64,000 bases of DNA from Candidatus Levyibacteriota bacterium (GCA_029260965.1 JAJDCG010000001.1:20803-84802); one strand, 5' to 3'; positions 18,163 through 28,186 are shown, counted from the stretch's first letter. The notes: a model not told the origin generated them from the sequence alone. A program made the numbers and translations.

Positions 18163-18763
18163 TTTTTTTCAAATTTTTTCTATCTCTTGTCACCCACCAA
18201 TCATCATCCTTGTGTGCAAACCACCAATCATCGGAATTGGTTTTGACGATTTCTGCTGCCAAATCTCGACCAACCTGGGTTTTTAATCTTTTGAGTGCTG
18301 GCTTTATGGCATCATCTGCTCTCTTATTCCCAATATCCACCTGTTCTTTGAGGGAAAGTATCCATTCAATCGTATCAGCATCCTTGGCAAGAAGCGATTC
18401 TGTTGTTTTTCGCTCTTTCCACTCACGCACAAGCGAACGAATTACCCCCCCAAACTCAACTGTTGATGTAACGTCTATAATAGCCTCATCCTCATCAGCT
18501 CTGGCATATTTCTGATGGACATAATTGAGATCACTGACGCGTGCCTCAGCCAAATCATGAAAAAGACAAAGTTGCATTACCTTGGCTGCATCGACTTTTT
18601 TCTCAAGATTTGCCAGAACAAAACCTACGTAAACAGTCCTATTAATATGCTCAGCAACAGATTGTTCTCCTGATCCGACAAAATAAAAACCAGAACGAGG
18701 GGTTTTTGAGAGAATACCTACCTCAAAAAGAAAATTTGCAATATTTTTATATGACTTTCCCAT
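18146..18763 (-). CDS. HD-domain phosphohydrolase (YfbR-like 5'-deoxynucleotidase family)
   Basis: H...HD...D pattern (AEHINRT..., LFHDLAEARVSD). Confidence 0.65.
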   Translation of the reverse strand: MGKSYKNIANFLFEVGILSKTPRSGFYFVGSGEQSVAEHINRTVYVGFVLANLEKKVDAAKVMQLCLFHDLAEARVSDLNYVHQKYARADEDEAIIDVTSTVEFGGVIRSLVREWKERKTTESLLAKDADTIEWILSLKEQVDIGNKRADDAIKPALKRLKTQVGRDLAAEIVKTNSDDWWFAHKDDDWWVTRDRKNLKKNENTR

Positions 18764-18768
18764 TTTAG

Positions 18769-18841
18769 TGGGCCAGGGAGGACTCGAACCTCCGACATGG
18801 AGTGTATAAGACGCCCGTTCTAGCCGCTGAACTACTGGCCC
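18769..18841 (-). tRNA. tRNA with apparent anticodon TAT (would read AUA, Ile); C29:U41 mismatch in anticodon stem
   Basis: Acceptor GGGCCAG/CTGGCCC, D-arm GTTC-AGCGGCTA-GAAC, anticodon arm GGCGT-CTTATAC-ACTCC, T-arm GGAGG-TTCGAGT-CCTCC, discriminator A. Confidence 0.6.
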
Positions 18842-18886
18842 CCATGTGTAGTGAAGTATACCAAAGTCTTTAAGGATAAGAAAGTA

Positions 18887-21280
18887 CTAGAGGCGTGAAC
18901 GCTTACCTATTTCCGACTCCACTACGTCAACAGCTTTGCCATATTTTAAACGTGAAAGCTCTTTTACAAGCTCGGCAACTCGTGAATTCTCGAGTACTTT
19001 TTCTTTCGAGATATCCTTTGTCGTATCAAGAGAAAATGGTGTCACTGGCTCACCCTGAACAATAGTCCGCATATAAGCATTATATTTGTCTACATTTATC
19101 AAATCATTCTCATTGAATGTAGGCTGGAATTCGTGCTGAAGATAATTTGCATCCGTCACACCAACACGGAATGAGGCAATCGTACCTACATTTCCAAAAA
19201 TAGCATTTTTGATCTCCTCCTCCATTTGTCCAATAAACTGATTAGCAACGATCAAATTCAAACGATATTTACGTGCCTCAGAAAGAATTTGCGCAAAATC
19301 AGGCGTTGCAAAATTCTGAAACTCATCAACATAAAGAAAAAAATCTTTTCGCTTTTCCATATCCATATCTTGCCTGCTCATTGCAGCAACCAAAATACGT
19401 GGAACGAGAATAAGACCAAGAAAGTTTGAGTTTTCCTCACCTATCTTTCCTTTTGACAGATTTATAAGAAGTATTTTTTGGGTATCCATCACGTCCCTGA
19501 AATTGAATGAACTCTTTGACTGACCAATTATATTACGTATCATTTTGTTGGTAACAAAACGACCAAATTTTGACGTAATGTAATCAAGAACTTCTGATTT
19601 ATGAAAATCAGAAGTCTGGGCAATCTGATCAGTCCAATACCTTCTAATAATCGGGTCATCGACCTTGGGTAACAATTCCTGCACATATGATTGATCTGTC
19701 AAAACACGCACAACTTCTATAAAAGTCGAACCCTCCTCTGACATAACTGTTAACATCGCATTTCGCACCGCATGCTCAAAACGAGGCCCGACAATACCAG
19801 TCTTATTTGGATCAAACAGCTTGTACATCAAGCCAATTATTGAGTTTGCCATGAAATGTTTTTGCTGCTCAGTTGACGCTTCCAGCATATTTACTCCAAG
19901 TGGTCTGTCTGTATCTGATGGATCAAAAAGTATGACATCTTCTGCTCTATTTGGAGGGATTACTTTGAGTAAATCCTCAATAAGATCACCATGGGGATCT
20001 ATAACTGCCAAGCCTTCACCAGCATTAATATCTTGCATGATCATTGTTTTTAAAAATTCAGATTTTCCAGTACCAGTCTTACCGATGATATACATATGTC
20101 TTTGTCTGTCATATTTTTCAATATGAACAGGACGAGTTATGCCACGAAATGTGCTTTTACCCAGATACAGACCTGTTGTTGGTATTTTTGAAGGCGCTGG
20201 AGCACGCTTGGCGTTGAGCCAATGAATACCTGGAGTTGTAATAGATTTGTTGGGAAAATGAAAAATAGTAGCCAGCTCCTCACTAGTCATTATTGACACT
20301 TGTCCCCAGAGAGGAAAATAACGATATATAAAATCATTCATAAACCAACCCTTCATGAGATGCGTGTTTTTCTTGAATGAATTAATACCTGATGAATACT
20401 GGGTAAACGCTCCTTTTATATTTGAAAGATGGTCCTTGGCTGCCTCGGTTGTCTTTGCTGAAACAACTATCCTAACTACTGTTTCAAATCCTGGTTTTGT
20501 TAGCTTATTTTCAATTCCCTCAAGCTCCTTGCTGTCTGCTTTGTAAGATGCCTTCTCAGGATTTGCTTCATTTTTCTTTGTTGCTCCGATATATGAACGC
20601 CCTTGCTTTTTCCATTCATTCCCAGCAGGCGAGACAAGAATCTGAATCACTGCTCCCTCACCTTCACCCATCTTAGCTAAAATCGACGTTACAGATGAAA
20701 GAGGATCAACGGGTAATTCTTTATAAATCTTTATAGGCATGTATTCTGCTGTTCTCAGTTTCAAAGATGTAAATTCAACCTTTCCATCTTCAGAAAAGAT
20801 ATTGTATTCTGAGCCGATCACAGTTCCTTTTGTCTGTTTTGCTGACGGATCATCAACCATTGTTATCTCTGCCTCTGGATATGCTCCATTTATCTGCTTC
20901 TCAACAAAATCTCTAATCTTTTTCGAAACATGAATATAAAACCTGATGTCTCCTGGAAGACCAACTATTTCAAATGCTATATGAGGTTGAGATTTGAAAA
21001 AAACAAGCTTATCCGAATACTTGGTAACACGAAGCGCTGAAAGTGCGGCAAACATTTGTTCTGCTGCATCTATTTTGGTCTCATTATTTTTGGGAACTGC
21101 CACCTGCAGAAGAACTGAAGAAAGAGATTCCTCTTCACGCTTTCTATATCGGATCCAAAGCAAGATAATGTGATAAATGGCGATTATTAAAATAATCCCA
21201 AATCCTGTTGCAAGTATGAATACTGAGATTGTCATAACCATACTTCCTGAGTCTGATGATGCCTGATTTATAAAATCCAT
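18887..21280 (-). CDS. Type IV secretion coupling-protein-like ATPase (VirD4/TraG/TraD, TrwB_AAD_bind-like; FtsK-HerA superfamily) with N-terminal TM
   Basis: N-terminal hydrophobic helix, Walker A YIIGKTGTGKSEF about residue 400, Walker B FFLYVDEFQNFA; 797 aa. Confidence 0.55.
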   Translation of the reverse strand: MDFINQASSDSGSMVMTISVFILATGFGIILIIAIYHIILLWIRYRKREEESLSSVLLQVAVPKNNETKIDAAEQMFAALSALRVTKYSDKLVFFKSQPHIAFEIVGLPGDIRFYIHVSKKIRDFVEKQINGAYPEAEITMVDDPSAKQTKGTVIGSEYNIFSEDGKVEFTSLKLRTAEYMPIKIYKELPVDPLSSVTSILAKMGEGEGAVIQILVSPAGNEWKKQGRSYIGATKKNEANPEKASYKADSKELEGIENKLTKPGFETVVRIVVSAKTTEAAKDHLSNIKGAFTQYSSGINSFKKNTHLMKGWFMNDFIYRYFPLWGQVSIMTSEELATIFHFPNKSITTPGIHWLNAKRAPAPSKIPTTGLYLGKSTFRGITRPVHIEKYDRQRHMYIIGKTGTGKSEFLKTMIMQDINAGEGLAVIDPHGDLIEDLLKVIPPNRAEDVILFDPSDTDRPLGVNMLEASTEQQKHFMANSIIGLMYKLFDPNKTGIVGPRFEHAVRNAMLTVMSEEGSTFIEVVRVLTDQSYVQELLPKVDDPIIRRYWTDQIAQTSDFHKSEVLDYITSKFGRFVTNKMIRNIIGQSKSSFNFRDVMDTQKILLINLSKGKIGEENSNFLGLILVPRILVAAMSRQDMDMEKRKDFFLYVDEFQNFATPDFAQILSEARKYRLNLIVANQFIGQMEEEIKNAIFGNVGTIASFRVGVTDANYLQHEFQPTFNENDLINVDKYNAYMRTIVQGEPVTPFSLDTTKDISKEKVLENSRVAELVKELSRLKYGKAVDVVESEIGKRSRL

Positions 21281-21282
21281 AA

Positions 21283-21768
21283 TTATTCCCCTCCTTTACT
21301 ACCATTCAAAAAAAGTATTTTTTTCCATTGTCTGATGATCTCTTTTGCTCTCCATTTAAGAGATGTTTTGATGCTAGATTTTTTTTCAACTGCAATTGCC
21401 TCAGGGAGGCTTACATTACTACCTGTTACGCTTAAAATTGGTTGACTTTGATTATTTGCATGAACTATGCCCGCATCCTGTGCTTCTCTATCAAGATCCG
21501 GCTTCTCCACATCAGGTGTAGGCGAAATAAACTCTCTCAACTCAGCTGAAATCTCAGGTGCGTGTTCTGTAGGGTCAGCTGGCCTTATATCAGACTTTGA
21601 CTCCAAAGCTTCTGCCGCTACATTTTGTGGCGGAAGTGGGGCATGCTCTTTAGCAGGACCTGATACTGGATTCTCCGGCTCTTCTATTGGTTTTTGGAGC
21701 TGGATCTCTTCGTTTTTTTTAACATCGTCTGATTGCTGATTGCTGATTGCTTGTTGGCTATTATCCAT
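21283..21768 (-). CDS. Hypothetical Pro/Glu-rich protein, immediately upstream of and co-oriented with coupling-protein gene
   Basis: 2-nt spacing to downstream gene; low-complexity P/E/A-rich sequence. Confidence 0.35.
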   Translation of the reverse strand: MDNSQQAISNQQSDDVKKNEEIQLQKPIEEPENPVSGPAKEHAPLPPQNVAAEALESKSDIRPADPTEHAPEISAELREFISPTPDVEKPDLDREAQDAGIVHANNQSQPILSVTGSNVSLPEAIAVEKKSSIKTSLKWRAKEIIRQWKKILFLNGSKGGE

Positions 21769-21845
21769 ACAAATATATTATCACTATTAAAGGGAGTGAG
21801 CAATTAAAAAAGCCTTATAAAATGATTACAAAAGAGAAACTAGTA

Positions 21846-22001
21846 TCAATCTGGTATCCATCCACAGAGAGGACATGAGGTTATTTCTTTTTTATAAACT
21901 TTTAATGTTTCCTCATCTGATGCTATCCATCCACAACTTTTGCAAATAATCTTGTAGCAGACTTCACAATCTTGATTTATATCTTGTGCATTATTATGCA
22001 T
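21846..22001 (-). CDS. Candidate small zinc-ribbon protein (51 aa, three CxxC pairs), below ORF-track length cutoff
   Basis: Hand translation of minus strand: MHNNAQDINQDCEVCYKIICKSCGWIASDEETLKVYKKEITSCPLCGWIPD-stop. Confidence 0.3.
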   Translation of the reverse strand: MHNNAQDINQDCEVCYKIICKSCGWIASDEETLKVYKKEITSCPLCGWIPD

Positions 22002-22037
22002 ATTTCATAGCTAGAAAAATAACGATAAGGATTTTGC

Positions 22038-22589
22038 TTATCTCTTTTTCCAGATTGTTTCTTTCACACCATCTGTATGATTCACAAAACGCGCCATTGT
22101 AAATAGCAAATCCGACAAGCGGTTAAGATACTTGACGATATTTTGATCCACCTCTTCTTTTTCCATAAGTGCAATAAGCATGCGCTCAGTACGCCGTGAG
22201 ATGGTGCGCGAGACATGAATCGCAGCTCCTGCGACTGATCCACCAGGTAGAATAAACTGCTTAAGCTCTGGGAGTTTTGCAGTCATATGGTCAATCAATT
22301 TCTCAAATTCGCCAGGTCTCTTATCAAGCCCTGTTACTGGCAGTGGATATGGATGAGCAAGCGCCGATCCTATCTCGAGGAGATCATGTTGAATTCTTTC
22401 CAATTCTTTTCCAATATCTATACTTAATACCTTTTGTCTATTACCTAATACTGCCAAGACTGTCCCTATCGCGCTATTGAGTTCATCAACTGTTCCATAA
22501 GTCTCAACTCTAATATTGGATTTTGAGACACGCGTCCCATCAAAAAGTGAAGTCTTCCCCTTATCTCCTGTTCGTGTGTAAATAGCCAT
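22038..22589 (-). CDS. ATP:cob(I)alamin adenosyltransferase, PduO type
   Basis: N-terminal IYTRTGDKGKTSL hallmark of PduO/MMAB family; 1-nt spacing after nrdJ. Confidence 0.85.
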   Translation of the reverse strand: MAIYTRTGDKGKTSLFDGTRVSKSNIRVETYGTVDELNSAIGTVLAVLGNRQKVLSIDIGKELERIQHDLLEIGSALAHPYPLPVTGLDKRPGEFEKLIDHMTAKLPELKQFILPGGSVAGAAIHVSRTISRRTERMLIALMEKEEVDQNIVKYLNRLSDLLFTMARFVNHTDGVKETIWKKR

Positions 22590-25025
22590 TTAACATGCAG
22601 AATATCCACATCCGTAGCATTTGCGGCAACCCTCTTCATATGCAAGGGTTCCAGATCCACATTCAGGACAAATATCAAATAATGATGTTGACCCACCAGA
22701 CGACTGCGTCTGAACCGAACCAGTTTCAGAAAGAGCCAGCTGAGCCGCAACCATTTCTACTTCTTCTTTTGGCGTCTCCACTTTTACATGACCATTTGAA
22801 GCACTATTGACAACCGCATCCATTTCTTTTTTAATCGACTCGATTGCTTGACGATCCTCAACTTTTCCGTTTACTCTGAAATTGTAGTGTTTTGCAAGAA
22901 TCTTCGATATCGCATCCGGAAGCGAACGAACTCTGTTCTCGCCAAATCCGATACTCCTGGACCCGCCAATTCCTGCAAGTTCTGATATAATCTCACGAAC
23001 TCTCTCTCTCGCTGGAACAGTGCTGTGAATCCTAAGCACAAATGAAATCATACGTCCAAGCGCATCAGCAAGCGCCATCAGATCAGATCCTGATTTACCA
23101 TGGTTTATAAAAACCTCAAACAAATTATCTTTTTCATCATGATTTAACGTCACATAGAGTTTTCCTGATGGGCTATCTGATTTATAAGTAAGTCCCTGAA
23201 GCATGGTTGGACGTGGCATACGTGGTGTTACGGGAACCACCTCTTTTTTGGGTTCTTCTTTTTTAGCCTGTCCTGAACTTGCCGAAGAATCAATACGCTC
23301 CAACACTCCCTGGCGTGAACCATCCCTCATGTAGGTAACACCCTTGAGTCCCAAATCATATGCAGCCATATAAAGATTTTTTACATCATCAACTGTATGC
23401 GAGTTAGGAGCATTAACTGTTTTTGAGATTGATGAATCAATGTACCCCTGTGCAATACCCTGAACCCTAGCATGCTCCAAAGGTGTCAGGTCATTTGCGC
23501 TCACAAAATAATCTGGTTTTTCTGCCTCTGGATTATCTTTTAGCCACTGATCATAAAGTGGATGATACATAGTCTCCTCCCCACCTCTCCAGCGCCTTTT
23601 GAAACTAAACTCATAAACAGGCTCAATTCCTGATGTTACACCTGCAACCAAACCTGTTGTACCAGTTGGCGCTATTGTCAAAAGAACTGCATTTCTTATC
23701 CCTTGTTTTTCTATTTTGTCACGAAGTTTTTTGGGAAGAGCTTTGATGTGATATCCCTTAAGATATTTTTTCTTATCAAAGAGAGGAAATGCGCCTTTTT
23801 CTTTCGCTAGATCCGCACTGGCATCATACGCACTATCACGCAGAGTCTGAAAAATTTTCTCTATCACAGGAAGAGACTCATCTGCCCCATATCGTAGCTT
23901 CATTTTAATTAAAGCGTCTCCAAGCCCCATGATCCCCAGTCCTGTTCTACGTATTTCTTTTGAACATTTTTCGTTTTCTTTGAAAAAATAATATGTTTGA
24001 TCAATCACATTATCAAGAAGTCTCATCGCGACCTTGGTATCTTTACCAAAGTTTTTGAAATCAAACTCTCCCGCATCATCAACATACGCTGCCAAATTCA
24101 TGGCTCCTAAATTACACACAGCCCATGCACCAAGAGGCTGCTCGCCACATGGGTTGGTCGCAACCAGTCTTTCAAAATACCATGTATTTGATCTTTTATT
24201 GGAGCGCTCCAGAAAATGCAGGCCAGGTTCTGCTGACCTCCAAGCAGCTGTGCAAATAAGATCCCAGAGCTTTCTAGCTTTAACGGTCTTGTGAACAATA
24301 ATTTTGCCACCCATTTCTTTCCATTTATCAATCTCCCCATCCCAATGGGTATCGTATTTCGGATCTGTGAGATCTGGATAAACAAGATCCCAATCAGCAT
24401 CTTTTTTAACCGCCTCCATAAATTTATCAGATACACAAACCGATAAATTGGCGCCATTTATCTTGGTCAAATCTTCTTTTACAGTTATAAATTCCTCAAC
24501 ATCTGGATGCCAATCCCAAAGCATAAGCATGGTCGCACCACGTCTGGAACCACCCTGCTGGACAATATCATGAGTTGCGACGGAAAAAAGCGTAGCCCAG
24601 TTAACAGGACCGCTGGATGTACCATTCACCTTTTTAACACGTGCGCCTTTGGGCCTCAGCGATGAGAGGTTTAACCCCACTCCACCTGATCTCGCCTGAA
24701 TCTCAACCAGTTGACCAAGAGCCTTAAGTATGCCTTCACGTGAATCTTTTGGACTGGGAATAACAAAACAATTAAAATAAGTTACTTGATATCCTGTGCC
24801 AGCACCTGAAAGGATACGACCTGCGGGTACAAATTTGAAATCATCCATGACACGGTAAAACTCATTTTCCCATTTCTTTTGATCCGCCTTTTTTTCATTG
24901 GCAGCAATTCCACGAGCAACCCTCTTCCACATCTCATCAGGTGTGTGTTCAGTCGCTTCGCCTTTCTCATCTTTCAGAGAATAACGATCCATAAATACTT
25001 TTTGTCTTACTCCATCAAGTTTCAT
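22590..25025 (-). CDS. nrdJ: Class II (adenosylcobalamin-dependent) ribonucleotide reductase
   Basis: Active-site loop NPCGEQPL, RNR barrel length (811 aa), C-terminal Cys-rich zinc ribbon CPECGSGTLAYEEGCRKCYGCGYSAC. Confidence 0.9.
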   Translation of the reverse strand: MKLDGVRQKVFMDRYSLKDEKGEATEHTPDEMWKRVARGIAANEKKADQKKWENEFYRVMDDFKFVPAGRILSGAGTGYQVTYFNCFVIPSPKDSREGILKALGQLVEIQARSGGVGLNLSSLRPKGARVKKVNGTSSGPVNWATLFSVATHDIVQQGGSRRGATMLMLWDWHPDVEEFITVKEDLTKINGANLSVCVSDKFMEAVKKDADWDLVYPDLTDPKYDTHWDGEIDKWKEMGGKIIVHKTVKARKLWDLICTAAWRSAEPGLHFLERSNKRSNTWYFERLVATNPCGEQPLGAWAVCNLGAMNLAAYVDDAGEFDFKNFGKDTKVAMRLLDNVIDQTYYFFKENEKCSKEIRRTGLGIMGLGDALIKMKLRYGADESLPVIEKIFQTLRDSAYDASADLAKEKGAFPLFDKKKYLKGYHIKALPKKLRDKIEKQGIRNAVLLTIAPTGTTGLVAGVTSGIEPVYEFSFKRRWRGGEETMYHPLYDQWLKDNPEAEKPDYFVSANDLTPLEHARVQGIAQGYIDSSISKTVNAPNSHTVDDVKNLYMAAYDLGLKGVTYMRDGSRQGVLERIDSSASSGQAKKEEPKKEVVPVTPRMPRPTMLQGLTYKSDSPSGKLYVTLNHDEKDNLFEVFINHGKSGSDLMALADALGRMISFVLRIHSTVPARERVREIISELAGIGGSRSIGFGENRVRSLPDAISKILAKHYNFRVNGKVEDRQAIESIKKEMDAVVNSASNGHVKVETPKEEVEMVAAQLALSETGSVQTQSSGGSTSLFDICPECGSGTLAYEEGCRKCYGCGYSAC

Positions 25026-25507
25026 AATGTTTTTGTTGTAATTGTTTTTATTTTTGGTGTCAAAGTTTTTACTTCTTTTTCAAAATCTTCAATATCTACA
25101 AACCTCTTAAATACACTAGCAAATCTGATATATGCTACTTTATCAAGCGTCTTCAATTTTTTAGCAACCATCTCACCGATTATTTTACTGTCAACCTCAA
25201 GTGTATCCATTCCCAAAAGTGATCGTGTTATTTCAGAAACAGTCTTTTCCACTTCTTCTGCTGGAACAGTTGTCTTCTCACAAGCCCTTATCACACCACT
25301 TTTGAGCTTCTCACGACTGAACTGCTCTCTCTTGCCATCTTTCTTTATAACTGCAAGCGTGACATTCTCTACTCTCTCATAGGTCGTGAACCTTTTCTCA
25401 CAGTTGAGACAAGACCTTCTTCTTCTTATAGAGTCAAGATCAGAACTCTCACGAGTTTCAACCACTTCAGAATTCTTGGTACCGCAGTAAGGACAATGCA
25501 TAATCAA
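25022..25507 (-). CDS. nrdR: Transcriptional repressor NrdR
   Basis: N-terminal zinc ribbon MHCPYCGTKNSEVVETRES...CLNCEKRFTTYERVE plus ATP-cone; overlaps nrdJ start by 4 bp. Confidence 0.9.
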   Translation of the reverse strand: MIMHCPYCGTKNSEVVETRESSDLDSIRRRRSCLNCEKRFTTYERVENVTLAVIKKDGKREQFSREKLKSGVIRACEKTTVPAEEVEKTVSEITRSLLGMDTLEVDSKIIGEMVAKKLKTLDKVAYIRFASVFKRFVDIEDFEKEVKTLTPKIKTITTKTL

Positions 25508-25568
25508 TTTAAAGTCTAGAATTAGAATTCAGAATTGACTATTACTTGAAAGTCGAACTTCTGAAATT

Positions 25569-25610
25569 ACGTTATCTAGTGCTGCAAAAATCATATTGCA
25601 CTAGATAACG
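25569..25610. promoter_or_regulatory. Two inverted NrdR-box-like palindromic sites upstream of nrdR-nrdJ-pduO operon
   Basis: Perfect 13-nt inverted repeat ACGTTATCTAGTGC ... GCACTAGATAACG, centres about 29-31 bp apart; each half matches recalled NrdR box consensus acaCwAtATaTwGtgt at about 12/16. Confidence 0.55.
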
Positions 25611-25746
25611 GGTGTCAACTATAAAGTAATAGATCAAAATCTATCAATAGCCTCATGTGATCAAATTCTTCCCCTTATTTTCTTACACAAGAAAAAGATA
25701 GCCAAAATTACTGAATAAAAAAATATATCAAAAATCAGGTTTTACT

Positions 25747-26343
25747 CTATTTATCTTGATTTATAGATTTTGCTTTTTCACCAAGTTCAGTAATTCTCTC
25801 CTGCCCCTCCTGGAGGCTAAAATCTTTTTTATCTTTTACCATGTTCTTGATATTCAAAAACATTTGTTGATGTTTTTTATTTGCTAAAAAAAGTTTTTCT
25901 GAAAAATCATCAATATTTATACCCTGTGTTCTTGCATCACCTGCAAGAACTATTGCTTTATCAAAATAATTAAGTGCTTTGGAAAAAGTATCACGAGATA
26001 ATATATATTCCTGCTCTCCTTTTTCAGCTAAATCATAACTTGCCTGAACTCTTTTATCTGCTTGCAGGAGGCTAAATTTAGCTTTTTCCAATGGATTGGA
26101 AATAAAAAATCCAACCACATTATCTCTGACCATTTTCAAAAAATACAAAGGATGATCTGGGAGAAGTCCTGGATATGGCAGTGCATATTCTATATCCCCC
26201 TCTTTTTCTACAGGACTAGCTGAAGTTGTCGCATCTTGAGCAAAAACACTATTTACAGGACTAAAATTGAAAAGCAGAAGAAAAAATAACAATGTTGTGA
26301 TGATTTTTATTAACATAAAATAAAAGAGGCAGTGGGGGCTCAA
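25747..26343 (-). CDS. Secreted hypothetical protein (signal peptide, 198 aa)
   Basis: Hydrophobic N-terminus LLFFLLLFNFSPVNSVFAQD with AXA-like cleavage site. Confidence 0.4.
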   Translation of the reverse strand: MSPHCLFYFMLIKIITTLLFFLLLFNFSPVNSVFAQDATTSASPVEKEGDIEYALPYPGLLPDHPLYFLKMVRDNVVGFFISNPLEKAKFSLLQADKRVQASYDLAEKGEQEYILSRDTFSKALNYFDKAIVLAGDARTQGINIDDFSEKLFLANKKHQQMFLNIKNMVKDKKDFSLQEGQERITELGEKAKSINQDK

Positions 26344-26924
26344 CCCCGATGAGAATCTATTATATCAGAGATTTTCTCTACTGCAACATCTAGCATTCCA
26401 TTGTCGTTTAAAATCACGAAATCGCAGTCTTTGGCTTGTTTCATCTCCCATGCAACAGGTGAATTATCAAAACGAGCTGCGCCATTCTCTTCTCCATCAG
26501 CCTCAATCACCCTTCTCCTAAGATCATCTATGTTTGAAACTGTCAAAAAAACAAAAACGGAGTTTGGAATAGCTGCTTTGATTTTGTCTTTGACCAGCTT
26601 TACACCTTGAGTCTCAATCTTCCAGATAAGATCTACTCCTTTTTCAAGCAGTGGCAAAAGATCGACTTTTTGAGTTCCATAAAGCTCTTTTCTGAACTCT
26701 ACATGCTCAAAAAATGCATCATTTTTTACCCTCTGCTCAAACTCATCGTGTGTCAGGAAATGATATGGTTCCCCCTCTGACTCTCCACTCCGCATCGAAC
26801 GAGTAGTTGTTGTAACGACTTTTCTAATATTGGGATTTTTTGCTATCAGCTTTTTGATAACTGCATCTTTTCCTGACCCTGTAGGACCTGTTAGAATAAG
26901 AAGTAAACCTTTTTTATCACTCAT
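26340..26924 (-). CDS. gmk: Guanylate kinase
   Basis: P-loop LTGPTGSGKD, TTTTRSMRSGESEGEPYHF guanylate-kinase signature. Confidence 0.85.
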   Translation of the reverse strand: MSDKKGLLLILTGPTGSGKDAVIKKLIAKNPNIRKVVTTTTRSMRSGESEGEPYHFLTHDEFEQRVKNDAFFEHVEFRKELYGTQKVDLLPLLEKGVDLIWKIETQGVKLVKDKIKAAIPNSVFVFLTVSNIDDLRRRVIEADGEENGAARFDNSPVAWEMKQAKDCDFVILNDNGMLDVAVEKISDIIDSHRG

Positions 26925-26926
26925 AA

Positions 26927-27997
26927 TCAGATTTGTGGGGCAGATGAAGTGTCTGAGACTTTTTGCCCAACCATTATTGCTTCCTCAACCAATCTGTTTG
27001 CATAGCCATATTCATTGTCATACCAAGCAATAACCTTGAGCATATTCCCCCCCACAACCTGCGTAAGTGAAAGATCAACTATACTTGAATGTGAATTACC
27101 AATAATATCAGACGAAACAACTGGATCCTCTGTTACTTCAAGAACACCCTTGAAAATAGGCTCTTTTGCCTTTTCAAGAAAAAGATTCTTCACTTCATCA
27201 ACTGTCACATCTCTTTTCAAAAGAAAAGTAAAATCAGATAGAGAACCTACAGGAACAGGCACACGCACTGCCATACCTGCAAAAATTCCCTGCAAAGAAG
27301 GAAAAGCCTGACCTGCTGCAATTGTAGCGCCAGTTGATGTTGGGATGATATTCTCAGCAGCTGACCTTGCCCTTCGATAGTCCTTGTGTCCCCCATCATG
27401 AATTCTTTGATCTGATGTATAACCATGAATTGTCGTCATCATGGCTTTGTCAATTCCATATGCTTCCTCAATTATTTTTGCAACAGGAGTAATACAATTA
27501 GTGGTACACGATGCGTTACTTATTATCTTCTCTCCCTTATATGCATTATCATTGACAGATATTACATAGGTTGCCATATCTTTCCCTTTGGATGGAGCCG
27601 ATAAGACAACTGATCTAGCACCAGATGTGATATGAGCTTGAGCTTTTTCAGTAGTTGTAAAATGCCCCGTTGATTCAATTACAACATCAATCCCCAAATC
27701 TCTCCATGGAAGAAGCGTAGGATCTTTTTGTGAATAAACAGGAATCTCTTGTCCCCCAACTACTAGATACCCAAGGAAGCTCTTGTCTTCAGGGTTAGGA
27801 TTTGGCTTCACACCAATCTCTTGTGGAAGAAGACCATAGACTGTGTCGTACTTGAGGAGATACATCCATCCTTTTAGATCGGTGGATGAACCTGCATTTA
27901 TAGCAACCACTTCTATATCTTCTTTGTGCCACTGTAGAATCACACGGTGTGCCATCCGCCCTATCCGACCATAACCATTTATCGCAACACGCACCAT
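26927..27997 (-). CDS. gap: Glyceraldehyde-3-phosphate dehydrogenase, type I
   Basis: NAD-binding VAINGYGRIGR, catalytic ASCTTNC. Confidence 0.92.
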   Translation of the reverse strand: MVRVAINGYGRIGRMAHRVILQWHKEDIEVVAINAGSSTDLKGWMYLLKYDTVYGLLPQEIGVKPNPNPEDKSFLGYLVVGGQEIPVYSQKDPTLLPWRDLGIDVVIESTGHFTTTEKAQAHITSGARSVVLSAPSKGKDMATYVISVNDNAYKGEKIISNASCTTNCITPVAKIIEEAYGIDKAMMTTIHGYTSDQRIHDGGHKDYRRARSAAENIIPTSTGATIAAGQAFPSLQGIFAGMAVRVPVPVGSLSDFTFLLKRDVTVDEVKNLFLEKAKEPIFKGVLEVTEDPVVSSDIIGNSHSSIVDLSLTQVVGGNMLKVIAWYDNEYGYANRLVEEAIMVGQKVSDTSSAPQI

Positions 27998-28186
27998 AAA
28001 TTTAGTATAGACAAGAATAAGATCTCTAGCAAGAGGGGGTTGGCATTCTAATTGAAGGTCTCCTGTCCAGGAGGAGGTCTCTTTGGTGATTTTGGTTTTC
28101 TTCTTGGAGATTTATCATATGCTTTTTTGGCTCTTTCAAAAGCATCCCCCACTGTTGTCCCCGGTGGTCTATTATTTTCTGACATA

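Noticed and set aside
21769-22037. Cobalamin riboswitch near the nrdJ operon
   Set aside because: The region is downstream, not upstream, of the operon, and no B12-box-like sequence was seen. The space is better explained by a small zinc-ribbon ORF.
24879-25382. 167-aa plus-strand ORF
   Set aside because: It is entirely antisense to nrdJ/nrdR, low-complexity and Ser/Phe-rich, typical of spurious antisense ORFs in AT-rich genes. The same applies to 47606-48274, 48288-48641, 49170-49526, 49901-50227, 8600-8944 and similar track entries.
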